A DNA stretch of 64,000 nucleotides from Candidatus Bathyarchaeota archaeon (GCA_963775685.1 CAVZJV010000014.1:896001-960000); one strand, 5' to 3'. Counted from the first letter of the stretch, positions 32,730 to 43,551 are shown. Notes: generated from the sequence alone by a model not told the origin. Numbers and translations: made by a program.

Positions 32730-33380
32730 TTAAACTACCATTTTACGGCAATAGAATGCTTCAGAATATTTACTAAAGGAGTTAGATTCTAAACCTCGAA
32801 TTCGCATCAAAGAGCGGAAACTTTCTTCTCCAAACCACTCTTTATCAGATTGACTCTTGAACGAGGTACATATATTAGAAATTTTTTTCTGAACAAGATT
32901 TTCCTTCAAGTGAACATATAAGTTGGGTATTCCTAAATCTGCATCGTATTTGGCGATTTCATATTCCAGGATTAAGTGGTTACGAAATGCGTTCCATGTG
33001 AGTTCACCGATTAGTCTGTGATCTTGGTGTGCATCTTTTTTGAAATGAGTAAATATTATGTCTGGATCAAATTTCTTTTTTAAAATGACAAAGTAGTCCT
33101 TTATAGCGGCACCTTCGAAGGGAAAATATGAATCTCTGAATGCCTGAACGTCTATAATTTTTGAAGTGATATTGCTAAGAAAGCTTTCTGCGCTCCTGTG
33201 AGCTTCGTTTGCTCGTTGACCTTGGGCTGAAAAAACAACCCAGTGGAACTGGGCTTGGGGTTTTTCCTGGGCGAGTTGTAGGATTGTGCCTCCGCAGCCT
33301 ATTTCTATGTCGTCTGCATGTGCGCCTAGGCAGAGGATTTTTGGTTTTTGATTGGCACTAAAAAGGTTGATTTTATGCAT
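32730..33380 (-). CDS. PIG-L/LmbE family deacetylase
   Basis: GAHADDIEIGCGG and DAHQDH motifs. Confidence 0.9.
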   Translation of the reverse strand: MHKINLFSANQKPKILCLGAHADDIEIGCGGTILQLAQEKPQAQFHWVVFSAQGQRANEAHRSAESFLSNITSKIIDVQAFRDSYFPFEGAAIKDYFVILKKKFDPDIIFTHFKKDAHQDHRLIGELTWNAFRNHLILEYEIAKYDADLGIPNLYVHLKENLVQKKISNICTSFKSQSDKEWFGEESFRSLMRIRGLESNSFSKYSEAFYCRKMVV

Positions 33381-34182
33381 TTGCTGAGTTTCCGTTTTTC
33401 TGGTTTTTATGATTCCAGATTTCCCAAGTTGAGGCGTTCTTTGAAGCTAGTTCATCTAATCGCTGTTTATCTTTGTATGTGTCTAAGCTCGCCCAGAACC
33501 CGTCATATTTGTAGGCAACTAATTCGTGTTTCTTTATGAGTCTTTGAAATGGTTCAAAGACTAGGTCTTCTCCAGGGTTTATGTAGTCGAATATTTGGCT
33601 CTTGAAAACAAAGAAACCTCCGTTGATCCTAAGCGCTGTTTGGTTTAATTGGCAAATGTCTTCGACGTAATCTTCGCCGTTAGATGAAACGTAATGAAAG
33701 GCAACTGAGGGCTTAACGGTTATGAAAGTACCTATTTTATTGCGATTAACAGCGAAATCAATTAGATCTGGAAGATGCAAGTCTGTTAGACCATCAGAGT
33801 AGTTTGCCAAAAACATTTCATCGTCGCCAACATATTTTTTGACAGCTAGCAATCTTTCACCTGCGGTTGAGTTCAAACCAGTCTCGGCAAAAGTAATTTT
33901 CCAGTCTTCAAGATCGCTTTTGAAGAGTCTACGTTTTTTCTTTCCACCAGATAAAACAAAATCACCCGCTAAACACTCGTCATAATTTAGGAAGAATTCT
34001 TTAATGCTCTCACCTTTATAGCCTAAGCATAGAATGAATTCTTTATGTCCGAAGTAAGAGTAGTACTTCATCAGCTGCAACATTATTGGTTGCCCTCCTA
34101 CAGAAACCAATGGTTTTGGAGTGTTCTCAGTTGAGGGATACAATCTCATGCCTAGGCCGCCACAAAATAAAACAACTTTCAT
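33373..34182 (-). CDS. rfbF: Glucose-1-phosphate cytidylyltransferase (RfbF-like)
   Basis: MKVVLFCGGLGMRL...PKPL, LCLGYKG, INGGFF, GFWASLDT; ATGA overlap with the upstream gene. Confidence 0.85.
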   Translation of the reverse strand: MKVVLFCGGLGMRLYPSTENTPKPLVSVGGQPIMLQLMKYYSYFGHKEFILCLGYKGESIKEFFLNYDECLAGDFVLSGGKKKRRLFKSDLEDWKITFAETGLNSTAGERLLAVKKYVGDDEMFLANYSDGLTDLHLPDLIDFAVNRNKIGTFITVKPSVAFHYVSSNGEDYVEDICQLNQTALRINGGFFVFKSQIFDYINPGEDLVFEPFQRLIKKHELVAYKYDGFWASLDTYKDKQRLDELASKNASTWEIWNHKNQKNGNSANA

Positions 34183-35468
34183 GCAACTTCCTCCTTTAGA
34201 ATCATATTTGTAATTTCGTTTGCTTGCGCATCGTAGATTTCTAGTTTTGGGATCGGCACGATGAAACGACCGCCCCAATTGCCGATAAACGACATCTGGC
34301 TCATCAACTCTGTTTTAATGCTCCAGGGCAAAATTAGTATGTAATCGGGCTTTGTTTCCTGAATTTTTTCAGGACCTAAAATGGGCAAGTGTACTCCTGC
34401 GAGAAACTTTCCTTGTTTGCTTGGATTGCGATCTGCCAAATAATCAAGTAAATCTGTTCCAACGCCACAATAATTTAACAAAGTATGAGCTTCCGCATGC
34501 GCGCCATATCCTATTACGGATTTTCTTTTGCTCTTAACTTTGAAAAGAGTGCTTAGGAGGTTGCCCTTAGTCTGCTCTACCTTCTTGCAGTAGGAAAAAT
34601 ATTTGTCGTCTTCTTCGAAACCGCCTATTTTTTCTGAAGCTTTTATTTGATCGGGATGACTTGTTTTGGATATTTGCTGATTTGCGGAGTGGCAAACGTA
34701 AAGTCTTAGCGAGCCTCCGTGTGTTGGGATTTGTTCTACATCGAAGACGGTTAATCCATGAGATGAAAGAAATTTTTCGATGACAAAAAAGGAAAAGTAT
34801 GAGAAGCGTTCGTGACTTATAGTATCAAACTGGTTTTTATCGATGAGGTTTTTGAGGTAATGAAACTCTATTGTAATTGTTCCTGAAGGTTTAAGCAGGG
34901 TTTTCAAACCATCTAAAAAACCATGTACGTCAGGGACTTGAGCAATCAAGTTGTTAACAATCACCAAGTCACCTTGCATATTTTGATTAGCCAAGCTCTT
35001 TGCCATTTCTTTGTCGAAGAATTCAACAATCGTTGGAATTCCCTTTTTGATTGCTTCTTCAGCCACGTTTTTTGCAGGCTCTACACCTTGAACTGGTATG
35101 TTTTTTTGTGCAAAATATTGGAGCAGGTAGCCATCATTGCTTCCAATTTCGATAACTTGATTACTAGAATTTAGTTCCAGCTTTTTCGTGATCATATCTG
35201 CGTATGTTTCGCAGTGCTTCAACCAACCTTTTGAGGAGGAGGAAAAGTATGCATACTTTTTGTACATTTCTTGGGGGGTGATTGATTCTTCCAATTGGAC
35301 TAAGAAGCAATTCTTGCAGAAGAAAATGTGTAGCGGATATGTCGGTTCTATTTCTTTTAATTGCTCAAGAGAAAGATAGGTTTCACATAGCGGTTGGACC
35401 CCAAGATCTGCAAATGTTGATTCAAGCGGCTTTCCACAGAACCTGCAAGTCAAGTTTTTGCTTACCAA
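34179..35468 (-). CDS. NDP-hexose C-methyltransferase family
   Basis: CRFC...CKNC Zn site, EIGSNDG, FDTISHE, THGGSLR, DRNPSKQGK. Confidence 0.88.
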   Translation of the reverse strand: MVSKNLTCRFCGKPLESTFADLGVQPLCETYLSLEQLKEIEPTYPLHIFFCKNCFLVQLEESITPQEMYKKYAYFSSSSKGWLKHCETYADMITKKLELNSSNQVIEIGSNDGYLLQYFAQKNIPVQGVEPAKNVAEEAIKKGIPTIVEFFDKEMAKSLANQNMQGDLVIVNNLIAQVPDVHGFLDGLKTLLKPSGTITIEFHYLKNLIDKNQFDTISHERFSYFSFFVIEKFLSSHGLTVFDVEQIPTHGGSLRLYVCHSANQQISKTSHPDQIKASEKIGGFEEDDKYFSYCKKVEQTKGNLLSTLFKVKSKRKSVIGYGAHAEAHTLLNYCGVGTDLLDYLADRNPSKQGKFLAGVHLPILGPEKIQETKPDYILILPWSIKTELMSQMSFIGNWGGRFIVPIPKLEIYDAQANEITNMILKEEVA

Positions 35469-35509
35469 TGTTTACCATGTCCCGACATTTCTACTCATTT
35501 AAGGGATTT

Positions 35510-36559
35510 TTAATTTGTCACTCGTCTTAATGTTGCGTCGACTTCCCCTGATTTTAAACTATTCTCTAGGTGAGTTATCCGCCTGTATCTTGGGCCTTCG
35601 AATTCTTCGACCTTCAGACCAACTTTCTTGTATGCCTCGTAGAGTTGTTTTGCGCCCATGGGAACTGTCCATTGTGGTTTAAACTCGGGGAGAGCGGCGG
35701 CTATTTTGTTGAATTTTACTCTATATGAGCGGGCATCTGGTTCTGCTCCCTCGACATATTTGATCTGGGAATTGGGGACTGTTTGTTTTGCAATTTCTGC
35801 AACTTCGTTTATTCTGAAATTCTGATCATCTTTGCCCACATTGAAAAGTTGGTTATGGACTACATCCTTGGGTGCATGCAAAACTGCGATGAAAGCGCGT
35901 GATATGTCTTGAATGTGAACAAATGGTCTCCAAGCGCTGCCATCACTTTTCAGAAGAACTATTCCTTTTGTGAATGACCAGGCAATGAAGTTGTTAACGA
36001 CAAGGTCAAATCTAAGCATGGGGGATAGCCCGTATGCGGTTGATGACCGCAGTAAAGTTGGAGTAAAGTCAGAATCTCCCAGTTTTGAAATATCTCTTTC
36101 AGCTAACACTTTTGACTCTGCGTAAGGAGTAACAGGTTTAGGCTCAGTTTCTTCGTCAACTATTGGCTCTGTGGCAGCGCCATAGACGCTGCATGAAGAA
36201 GAAAGGACAAAACGCTCCACACCAGCACTTTTTGCAAGTTCAGCCAGTCTGACTGAGGCTTCATGGTTAATTTCATAGGTGACTCGTGGGTTCAGATTTC
36301 CAAGTGGGTCGTTAGATAATGCGCATAAATGCACTACAGCATCGAACCCTACTAAATCTGAACGTTCGATGTCGCGGATATCTTTTCTTAAGTAGGGAAT
36401 TTTGGCTATGGCTCCAGTAACAGATGGATTACCAAATACGCAAGAGCTAAAAAGATCGCTGTCCAAACCTGTCACTTCAAAACCGTCTGCTTGTAACATC
36501 GGCACCATTACAGTTCCGATATAACCGTTGTTTCCTGTTACCAGTACCTTCAATTTCAA
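35510..36559 (-). CDS. NAD-dependent sugar epimerase/dehydratase
   Basis: TGNNGYIG, SSSCSVYG, YAESK, RFDLVVN. Confidence 0.9.
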   Translation of the reverse strand: MKLKVLVTGNNGYIGTVMVPMLQADGFEVTGLDSDLFSSCVFGNPSVTGAIAKIPYLRKDIRDIERSDLVGFDAVVHLCALSNDPLGNLNPRVTYEINHEASVRLAELAKSAGVERFVLSSSCSVYGAATEPIVDEETEPKPVTPYAESKVLAERDISKLGDSDFTPTLLRSSTAYGLSPMLRFDLVVNNFIAWSFTKGIVLLKSDGSAWRPFVHIQDISRAFIAVLHAPKDVVHNQLFNVGKDDQNFRINEVAEIAKQTVPNSQIKYVEGAEPDARSYRVKFNKIAAALPEFKPQWTVPMGAKQLYEAYKKVGLKVEEFEGPRYRRITHLENSLKSGEVDATLRRVTN

Positions 36560-36705
36560 TGCCTCTCCTTCTTACTTGAGAAGTCTTAATATATTAACTA
36601 TATTCTGGATAACGAATTATAGCATCAAGAATTTATGCAAACAAAGAGAAATGAAAAAAAGATGCTGTCCTTCTAATTTTGGGATCAGGTATTAAAGTTT
36701 AGTTC

Positions 36706-37893
36706 TCATGTACAAGGGAGGTACTCAGCTGAGATGCCCATATTTTCAACCATCTTTTTGATTTCATTGCAGTATATGGGGTTCATGACGATTATGGTCT
36801 GAGGGTTGTAGTCTTTTAGAAATTCTGGTGAGACAATTTGTTTGCCTACTCCTGGAATGAATTTTCCATGCCTATGAGGATTAATGTCAACAATATACTG
36901 AATTTCATCTTGAATTTCGAGTGTTGTCATGAAAGCAACGCATTTTGATCCTGATCCCCAAACAATCGCTCGTTTCTTCTCGGTTTTGATACGGTTTAGT
37001 TCGTTTTTCCAGTACTTTAGCTTTTGTTCATACCGTTCTGAGAAGAGGTTTACCATTTTAGCGGTCTCATCGATGTTTTCTTCTCCTTCAAAAGTCTTTT
37101 GTGATAGTTGATTGACTGGTTTTGCCTCGATTAGCAGGTACTGATCGAAATAGCCTTTTTCTAATTTCGTGACTTCAAAGTTGCAGGAGCGAAATAGCTG
37201 AGCCAATGATCGTAGATTGAAGTAGGAACAGTGTTCATAATAAATGTCCCAGAATGCAACTTCTTGGAGAATGCGAGAGATATCGGGCACTTCAAAGAAG
37301 ATGGGCGTTTCTTTGTTACCGATTGATTTTCTAACGGTGTTCATAAAATCGGCGGTGGGGGAAATATGTTCAAGCGTATGACGACAACAAACAAAATCGC
37401 CCAATTGGTCTGCATACTGCTCGGAGAAATAGTCTTTGATAAACTTCATTTTGTCTATAGCTTTGCTTTGGACTCCGCCGCTTACTGTTGAGGGATCGAT
37501 TCCAACCCCATAGTTATCACCTAATTCACAAAGTAATGCTAAGAAATCTCCCCTTCCGCAGCCAATCTCTGAAACATGTTTGCCATGAAGGTTATAGGCT
37601 TCAATCAGATGATTGGCTAGTTGTTGGGCGTATTTGTTAAATGTTGCCGAAAAGCCTTGTTCTTCTGGGGAGAGGGTTGCGTAATCTATTTTGGAAGGGT
37701 CAAAGGCTATGTTGGAGATGAAACCGCAATTCTTGCAGAATCCAAGAACTACGTTTCCTCGAGGAAAATTAACTGCTTCTTGTTGTGTTGAGAACATTAA
37801 ACAGCTGTTAATTGGGACGCTTTTAGCTGAATAGAAAGGTGACATACCAGGTGTTTTACAGCTTGGGCACGTATTTGGATTTGATGTTGACAT
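36706..37893 (-). CDS. Second C-methyltransferase-like SAM enzyme
   Basis: CPSC...CKNC, EIGCGRG, RHTLEH, YYEHCSYF, VWGSGSK, VDINP. Confidence 0.85.
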   Translation of the reverse strand: MSTSNPNTCPSCKTPGMSPFYSAKSVPINSCLMFSTQQEAVNFPRGNVVLGFCKNCGFISNIAFDPSKIDYATLSPEEQGFSATFNKYAQQLANHLIEAYNLHGKHVSEIGCGRGDFLALLCELGDNYGVGIDPSTVSGGVQSKAIDKMKFIKDYFSEQYADQLGDFVCCRHTLEHISPTADFMNTVRKSIGNKETPIFFEVPDISRILQEVAFWDIYYEHCSYFNLRSLAQLFRSCNFEVTKLEKGYFDQYLLIEAKPVNQLSQKTFEGEENIDETAKMVNLFSERYEQKLKYWKNELNRIKTEKKRAIVWGSGSKCVAFMTTLEIQDEIQYIVDINPHRHGKFIPGVGKQIVSPEFLKDYNPQTIIVMNPIYCNEIKKMVENMGISAEYLPCT

Positions 37894-38072
37894 ATTTCTG
37901 ACCCTTTTTAGTTTTTTAGTTGCTAAATAGTTGATTTGCGGGCTTCAGTCTAAAAAGGGTATCGAAGTTAAAATATTGATTTTAGAAATGGAGCCAGCAC
38001 ATTCATTTTCAACAAAAAAATCTTTTGTTTATTTAAAGAAGAGTTAAGAAAAGAACTAAAAAAAGAAAGAAT

Positions 38073-40223
38073 TTAGAATTTGATTTTTTTGGTCTTTACT
38101 AGGTATAGCAATGCAACTGCTACGATGACAATTACCACCACAACTATTGCGATTATGGTAGTCGTGGATATTCCTTCTTGGGTTGTTTTCGGTGTAGGGC
38201 TTGCAGTTGCCGTTGGGCTTGATGAGGCTGTTGCTGAAGGTGCGGGTGTTGCTGTGGGTGTGGCTGTAGCTGCTGGTTTCGGTGTTGGAGTCGCTGGTTT
38301 TGGAGTTGGATATGGTGTAGGGGATGGGGGAGCTTGAGCCCAGGTGACGTTCAATGAGTTGGTTGTGAAAGTTACGTTTTCTGCACTGGATACATCATAC
38401 ATTGATGAAACAGAGTAAATGTGACTTGTAACGGTGGTCTCTGTATCGTTGAAGTTAGCTGTCGCGTTTGAAGCAAAGAGAGCGTCATCTTTGGTTATAT
38501 TAACGAGATATCCGGTGAAAGATAGGCCGTTCTTTGTAACATTTAGATAAATGTTGACTGTATCTTTTTGGGTAATGCCGGTTTGATTAACATACAAAGT
38601 GACGTTGTACGCACTCGAGGCCCAGACTGCAGTCAACGTGTTAGTGGTAAAGGTAACGTTCTCTCCAGTAACAGCATCATACAGTGACGAAACTTTGTAG
38701 GCATGCGAGGTAGCTGTGGTTTGTTGGTCGTTAAAACTGGCTGTTGTGTTGCTAGCAAATAATACGTTATCCCTGGTGACATTGGCTAAGAAATTGGTGA
38801 ACGGTAAACCATTCTTTGTGATTGCCAAGTTTATCTTTACAGTATCTCCTTGAACCAGTGAAGACTGATTACCCGACAGAGTGATCACGTAAGTGCTTTT
38901 TGCCCAAGCGATGTTCAATGTGTTGGTTGTGAAAGTAACGTTTTCTCCAGCGATTGTATCGTATAAGTACGAAATATTGTAGGCGTGCGTACTCGAAATG
39001 TTTTGTTGATCATTGAAACTGGAAGTGACATTGCGAGCAAACAATAATCCGTCTCGGCTAGCGTTTGCAAGGAAGCCGGTGAAAGCCGCGCCGTTCTTGG
39101 TAACAGCCAGATTTATCTTTACTGTATCCTCCTGAGTTAGCCCAGTCTGATTGGCTGAAAGTGTAATTGCATAGTTGTTTAGGGTAAAGTTTGCTTGATT
39201 GCTTGCTGCCCAATTATTTGAGGTATCTTTGGCGTAGAATATTGCTGAAACTGTAGTTCCGGGGTTAGTGTTCCATATGCCCGTCAACGACGCTGTGAAA
39301 GTTTTACTGCCTTGTGCATTTATGGCTGTTTGGTTTACCCAAGTTCCTGTGTTGTTCCAGCTGGGTACGATGGTGTCGATACCGAAATCGTCAGTTACTG
39401 CGCTGCTTAGAGTAACGGGGGCGCCGATTGAATGGGAGGTTGTGGAAATTGCCCCGATGCTGGGACTTGTGAAATCTCTAGGGCCAGTCCATGTGTCGGA
39501 AAGTACTACACTGTCCGAGTATATGTGGAGTGGATAGCTTGCACCAGTGACATAACCTCCGAAAAATGCAGTTGCAATGGGATGGAGGTCGTTAGTTAGA
39601 TTCTTTAGATCTATTGTTGGTGAGGATTCAGTGATTGCAGTTTTATCTTCAGCAATCCAAACAGATACTTGACCGTTGCCAAAACCTGTTTTGACCATGA
39701 TTTCAACGTAGTACCACGTATTGGCCTTTATTTCAGGTGCAGTTGGAGTTGAGTAGTATGCGACTTCTTGTCCGCCGTTGTAATATTCAAGTTTCCAACG
39801 AATGTTTGTACCATCGTTTTGAATTGCTATTGTCCCCAAATGGGCTCCAGCTCCTGCAACGTCCATTATTCCGAAAAGATCGGTTTGAGCTCCAGCTGAT
39901 GGCAAAGTTGAGAGTCTTATGTATTCTCTATGATACAAAACTGGAACGGCTGCAAAGTTTTTGTAAACAAAAGCATATGTTCCTACTGTATCGCTAATAG
40001 AGCAATCTGCAGAGTAAAGACCCTGAAAAACGGTTGTTGTTGACATTTGCATGGAGCTTCCGGTATTTGAATTACCGGTGCCCGTCCAATTTGAGTAGTC
40101 GCCTGTTTCAAAGTTATCGGTAAAAAATGTCGCAGCCTTAACGTTTTCTGGGGATAGGATCATCATTGTACTGATTAAAATGCAAGCTAAAAGGATAATT
40201 GTTAGTGGTTTTTTGGTCTTCAT
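38073..40223 (-). CDS. Membrane-anchored surface protein: beta-sandwich (lectin/lyase-like) head, three 94-aa repeats, PT stalk, TM anchor
   Basis: Signal peptide (VKA cleavage), FTDNFETGD N-terminus, many NxS/T sequons, C-terminal TM plus KTKKIKF. Confidence 0.8.
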   Translation of the reverse strand: MKTKKPLTIILLACILISTMMILSPENVKAATFFTDNFETGDYSNWTGTGNSNTGSSMQMSTTTVFQGLYSADCSISDTVGTYAFVYKNFAAVPVLYHREYIRLSTLPSAGAQTDLFGIMDVAGAGAHLGTIAIQNDGTNIRWKLEYYNGGQEVAYYSTPTAPEIKANTWYYVEIMVKTGFGNGQVSVWIAEDKTAITESSPTIDLKNLTNDLHPIATAFFGGYVTGASYPLHIYSDSVVLSDTWTGPRDFTSPSIGAISTTSHSIGAPVTLSSAVTDDFGIDTIVPSWNNTGTWVNQTAINAQGSKTFTASLTGIWNTNPGTTVSAIFYAKDTSNNWAASNQANFTLNNYAITLSANQTGLTQEDTVKINLAVTKNGAAFTGFLANASRDGLLFARNVTSSFNDQQNISSTHAYNISYLYDTIAGENVTFTTNTLNIAWAKSTYVITLSGNQSSLVQGDTVKINLAITKNGLPFTNFLANVTRDNVLFASNTTASFNDQQTTATSHAYKVSSLYDAVTGENVTFTTNTLTAVWASSAYNVTLYVNQTGITQKDTVNIYLNVTKNGLSFTGYLVNITKDDALFASNATANFNDTETTVTSHIYSVSSMYDVSSAENVTFTTNSLNVTWAQAPPSPTPYPTPKPATPTPKPAATATPTATPAPSATASSSPTATASPTPKTTQEGISTTTIIAIVVVVIVIVAVALLYLVKTKKIKF
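38335..39175 (-). repeat. Three tandem 282-nt (94-aa) intragenic repeats
   Basis: ENVTFTTN codons recur near 38365, 38647 and 38929; DTVKINL and TKNG are also repeated. Confidence 0.85.
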
Positions 40224-40893
40224 TTGAATACCTGCCGTTGATTCTTCAAAAAGTGTTATTTAAGACTTGTGATTCTCCATTGCATACATTCAACATCTGA
40301 AATACTTTAAATACTTGGAATGAGATATTTTTGGGTCACCCAACTGAATCAATTCCACGATATTTCTGGCTGTTTCTCAGCGAAATAGTTTTCACCTTTT
40401 TTGATATATATCCACATCAGGAATATGTGATTTATATTAAATCTTCCTACTCAACCAATCAATAAAATTCGTTGAAGGATTGAATGTTTGAAGCCAGCAA
40501 AATTGACACTAAATAAAGAATTCTATAAAAAGCAAAGCTGGAACCAAGCCCCAAACATTAGCATCCAAAAAAACATATCCATGAATAGGCAAAAAATGGC
40601 TCCATTAGTAAATCATTCAGTGCAAAATAGTTCACTTAACGTGCTGTGCGCGACCGAAAATAATAATCTTGTAGGAAATCCTGCTATTGTTGAGCCTGAA
40701 GACTTTACCGAATTTCTGAAAGTAAACTGGGCTTGGTTTGTTACAAACTGTCCAAAAAACAATCTGCCAAAACATGAAGCTCACATAATTGCTTTAAGGT
40801 GCAATAGCGCAATGCAATTCGAAACCAACTTCGCAAACATATCTGAGATAACATCTGTTACCAGCTTTGACAAAGCTGTCATGGAGATGAAGA

Positions 40894-42405
40894 ATGAAAG
40901 CTAAAGTTTTTGCTTCAATATTAATTCTATTAGTAATCTTAGTCACTTTAACTACCCAGGTTAATGCTTCTCCAGAGAAACGTGGCTATGTATCAATCAG
41001 CTTTGACGATGGCTTGGCAAGCACATACCAAAACGCCTATCCCATCATGCAACAGTACGACGTGAAAGGAACATTTTACATAATCACCGATTTAATACGT
41101 GACTTCTCAGGCAACAGCGAATACATGAGCATAAAAGAACTCCAAACTTTGCAGGCTAATGGAAACGAAATAGGAAGCCACAGCAAAACCCATGCCTACT
41201 TCCCTTCATTAAACGACGAGCAGACAAGGATTGAACTTGCAGATTCCCAGCAGCTTTTAAGATTCTATGGATTGACGGCAAATAACTTTGCTTATCCCTA
41301 TGGAGGCGCTAATGAACACACTGATGTTCTTGCCAAGCAGTATTATCATTCGGCTCGTTGGGCTTACACACTTGCGCCTTATACCATGGCTATTCCTTTT
41401 GACAATACCATATTGAAAGGTTACGGCGCAGAAAGAAACGACGAGTGGTTAATCCCAAACATCCAATATTATATTGACTTAGCATACTCCGAGAACAGTT
41501 GGATCGTATTTTTCTTCCATGATGTAACAAATAATTCAGAAATTGGTTTTGGACAGATAAGAACACCAGATTTTACACAGTTCATTGAATACGCGATTAA
41601 CAAAAATGTTAACATAATGACAGTCGAACAAGTGTTGGATCTAAGTGATGTGCCATCTCCAACGGTGACGCCACAGCCCACGCCTTCAACGTCACCGTCT
41701 CCCACCCCAGAGCCGACGGCAACCCCAACCCCCCAACCCACTGAAACACCCAAACCAACCATTGCACCAACCCCTACTCCAACAACTACACCTGAACCGA
41801 CAACTGAACCTACTCCGACATTTGCACCGACGCCCACACCTTCCCCGAAACCAACATCGAATCCTACACCACCCGTTACGCCAACACCAACTCCTGTTCC
41901 AACTGCGGAACCAACATCATCCCCAACACCGGAACCAACCATAACAACCACGCCTACACCCATAACAACTTTAACCCCAACAGAACCCCCAAACCCAACA
42001 GCGACGCCAGCTCCAACCAGTGAACCCACGAACACTCCAACTCAAACCCCAGAATCCACAATAACACCAACTATTCCTCCAACGACACAGAATAACATAA
42101 CACCTAAACCCACAACGAAACCAACAACCAAACCGACTCCTACACCGACATTAATACATATAACAAATGAATGGTACAACCCCAACTATGGTTCTTTACC
42201 TGCAGATACATTTGCTTTGCCCTATCATTACTGGACATATGTACCACATCCCAAGAATTACTTTGACTCAACAACAAAGTTACCTTTAACTACGGTAGCG
42301 TTTCTTTCGATGTCGTTAAGCGTGCTGATTTGTGCAGTATTGGTTTATAGTGCAAAAAGATCAACAACGGAGAACCAGAAACATAAAAATGTTGGGTTCA
42401 AATGA
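40894..42405 (+). CDS. Membrane-anchored polysaccharide deacetylase (NodB/CE4) with long PT stalk
   Basis: SFDDG, EIGSHSKTH, FAYPYG, FFHDV; roughly 170-aa Pro/Thr linker; C-terminal TM. Confidence 0.9.
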   Translation: MKAKVFASILILLVILVTLTTQVNASPEKRGYVSISFDDGLASTYQNAYPIMQQYDVKGTFYIITDLIRDFSGNSEYMSIKELQTLQANGNEIGSHSKTHAYFPSLNDEQTRIELADSQQLLRFYGLTANNFAYPYGGANEHTDVLAKQYYHSARWAYTLAPYTMAIPFDNTILKGYGAERNDEWLIPNIQYYIDLAYSENSWIVFFFHDVTNNSEIGFGQIRTPDFTQFIEYAINKNVNIMTVEQVLDLSDVPSPTVTPQPTPSTSPSPTPEPTATPTPQPTETPKPTIAPTPTPTTTPEPTTEPTPTFAPTPTPSPKPTSNPTPPVTPTPTPVPTAEPTSSPTPEPTITTTPTPITTLTPTEPPNPTATPAPTSEPTNTPTQTPESTITPTIPPTTQNNITPKPTTKPTTKPTPTPTLIHITNEWYNPNYGSLPADTFALPYHYWTYVPHPKNYFDSTTKLPLTTVAFLSMSLSVLICAVLVYSAKRSTTENQKHKNVGFK

Positions 42406-42975
42406 AATTTTAGACTCTAGAAAATACCCACCTTGTCAGGATCGAAGAGTGACGAAAAGATTGAACAAAAACTGGTGTTTTGTTTCTTTCACTGGAGATA
42501 TCGTTTGCGTAATAGAGAAAGATCGATAAGTAGACGCAACCCACACATTAAAGATCATTATACATTCGTTTCTATATAGAATAGAGTTTGTAGTTGAAAG
42601 AATCCAACCGTATTTTTTAAAAAAAAATAAAATTTCTAGTCAGAATATCGCCCATTATTTCCTTTTTCAATTATTTTTATAATAAACTAAACTAAATGAG
42701 TTGCGAAAAAGTTGTATAGTTGTTTTGCTTGTTCATTAATTAGATCAAATAATCTCAAGCTTTTGAAAAAGTTCCTGATTAATAACTAGCAAAATTATTA
42801 TACTAAAGTGATTTTAAAAAATTTTGGAAGGTCATTTACAACAATAAATCTCACAGCCATTAACGAACTAACCAACACTCCACCAACCACAGTTATGGTT
42901 TCTTCTTGTTATAGAAAAGAAAATAAAAAAGTTAATAAGTTCTCGTAATCGCAGTTAATTATACGCTGGATTTGT

Positions 42976-43551
42976 TTGACACAAGGAAGAAAAAATAAGC
43001 TTTTGGATTCTCTTCTTAGGCGCAATTGGATTTATTGGCTAGCAATAACTTTAGCAAACTTTACAGGTAATATTCGCATTCATAGCGTAAGACACTATTG
43101 CTACAGACACTTGTACAGAGTGGGATTACCACGCGATTCAATTATCTATTCTCACTGTATTTTCATAGCGCCATGGGGAATAAAGCTTGGACATCACACA
43201 GTTGTTGGAGACCACTCTCGTTTGGATGGGAGAAGCGAAATAATCATTGGAAACAACGTAGATATTTCTTCTGAAACAAACATCTTTACTTGGGAACATG
43301 ACATAGAAAGCCCGATTTTTGATTCCAAAGGGGGACCGGTCGTTATAGGAGATTGGGCATATATTGGGAATAGGGTAACTATTCTGCCAGGCGTAACGAT
43401 TGGAGAGGGTGCAGTTGTCGCAACAGGTGCAGTCGTAACAAAAGATGTCGAGCCTTGGACTATGGTAGGAGGAGTACCTGCAAAATTCATCAAAAAAAGA
43501 CCGATAGTTAAGTACACACAACAGACGAAGGTTAAACCATTGTTTCAATAG
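42976..43551 (+). CDS. Hexapeptide-repeat (LbH) sugar O-acyltransferase
   Basis: IGDWAYIGNRVTILPGVTIGEGAVVATGAVVTKDV...GGVPAK. Confidence 0.92.
   Translation: MTQGRKNKLLDSLLRRNWIYWLAITLANFTGNIRIHSVRHYCYRHLYRVGLPRDSIIYSHCIFIAPWGIKLGHHTVVGDHSRLDGRSEIIIGNNVDISSETNIFTWEHDIESPIFDSKGGPVVIGDWAYIGNRVTILPGVTIGEGAVVATGAVVTKDVEPWTMVGGVPAKFIKKRPIVKYTQQTKVKPLFQ

Noticed and set aside
29811-40268. AAGTCTTAA near three promoters (about 29811, 36581, and reversed near 40260)
   Set aside because: It overlaps TATA-like sequence, orientation is inconsistent and it also occurs at unrelated places (6179, 45872).
40488-40904. 138-aa ORF upstream of the deacetylase
   Set aside because: No motif, weak start context; cannot be supported as a gene.
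41469-42035. Gly/Val-rich antisense ORFs (also 30357-30539 and 38080-38337)
   Set aside because: Shadows of Pro/Thr linker codons on the opposite strand.
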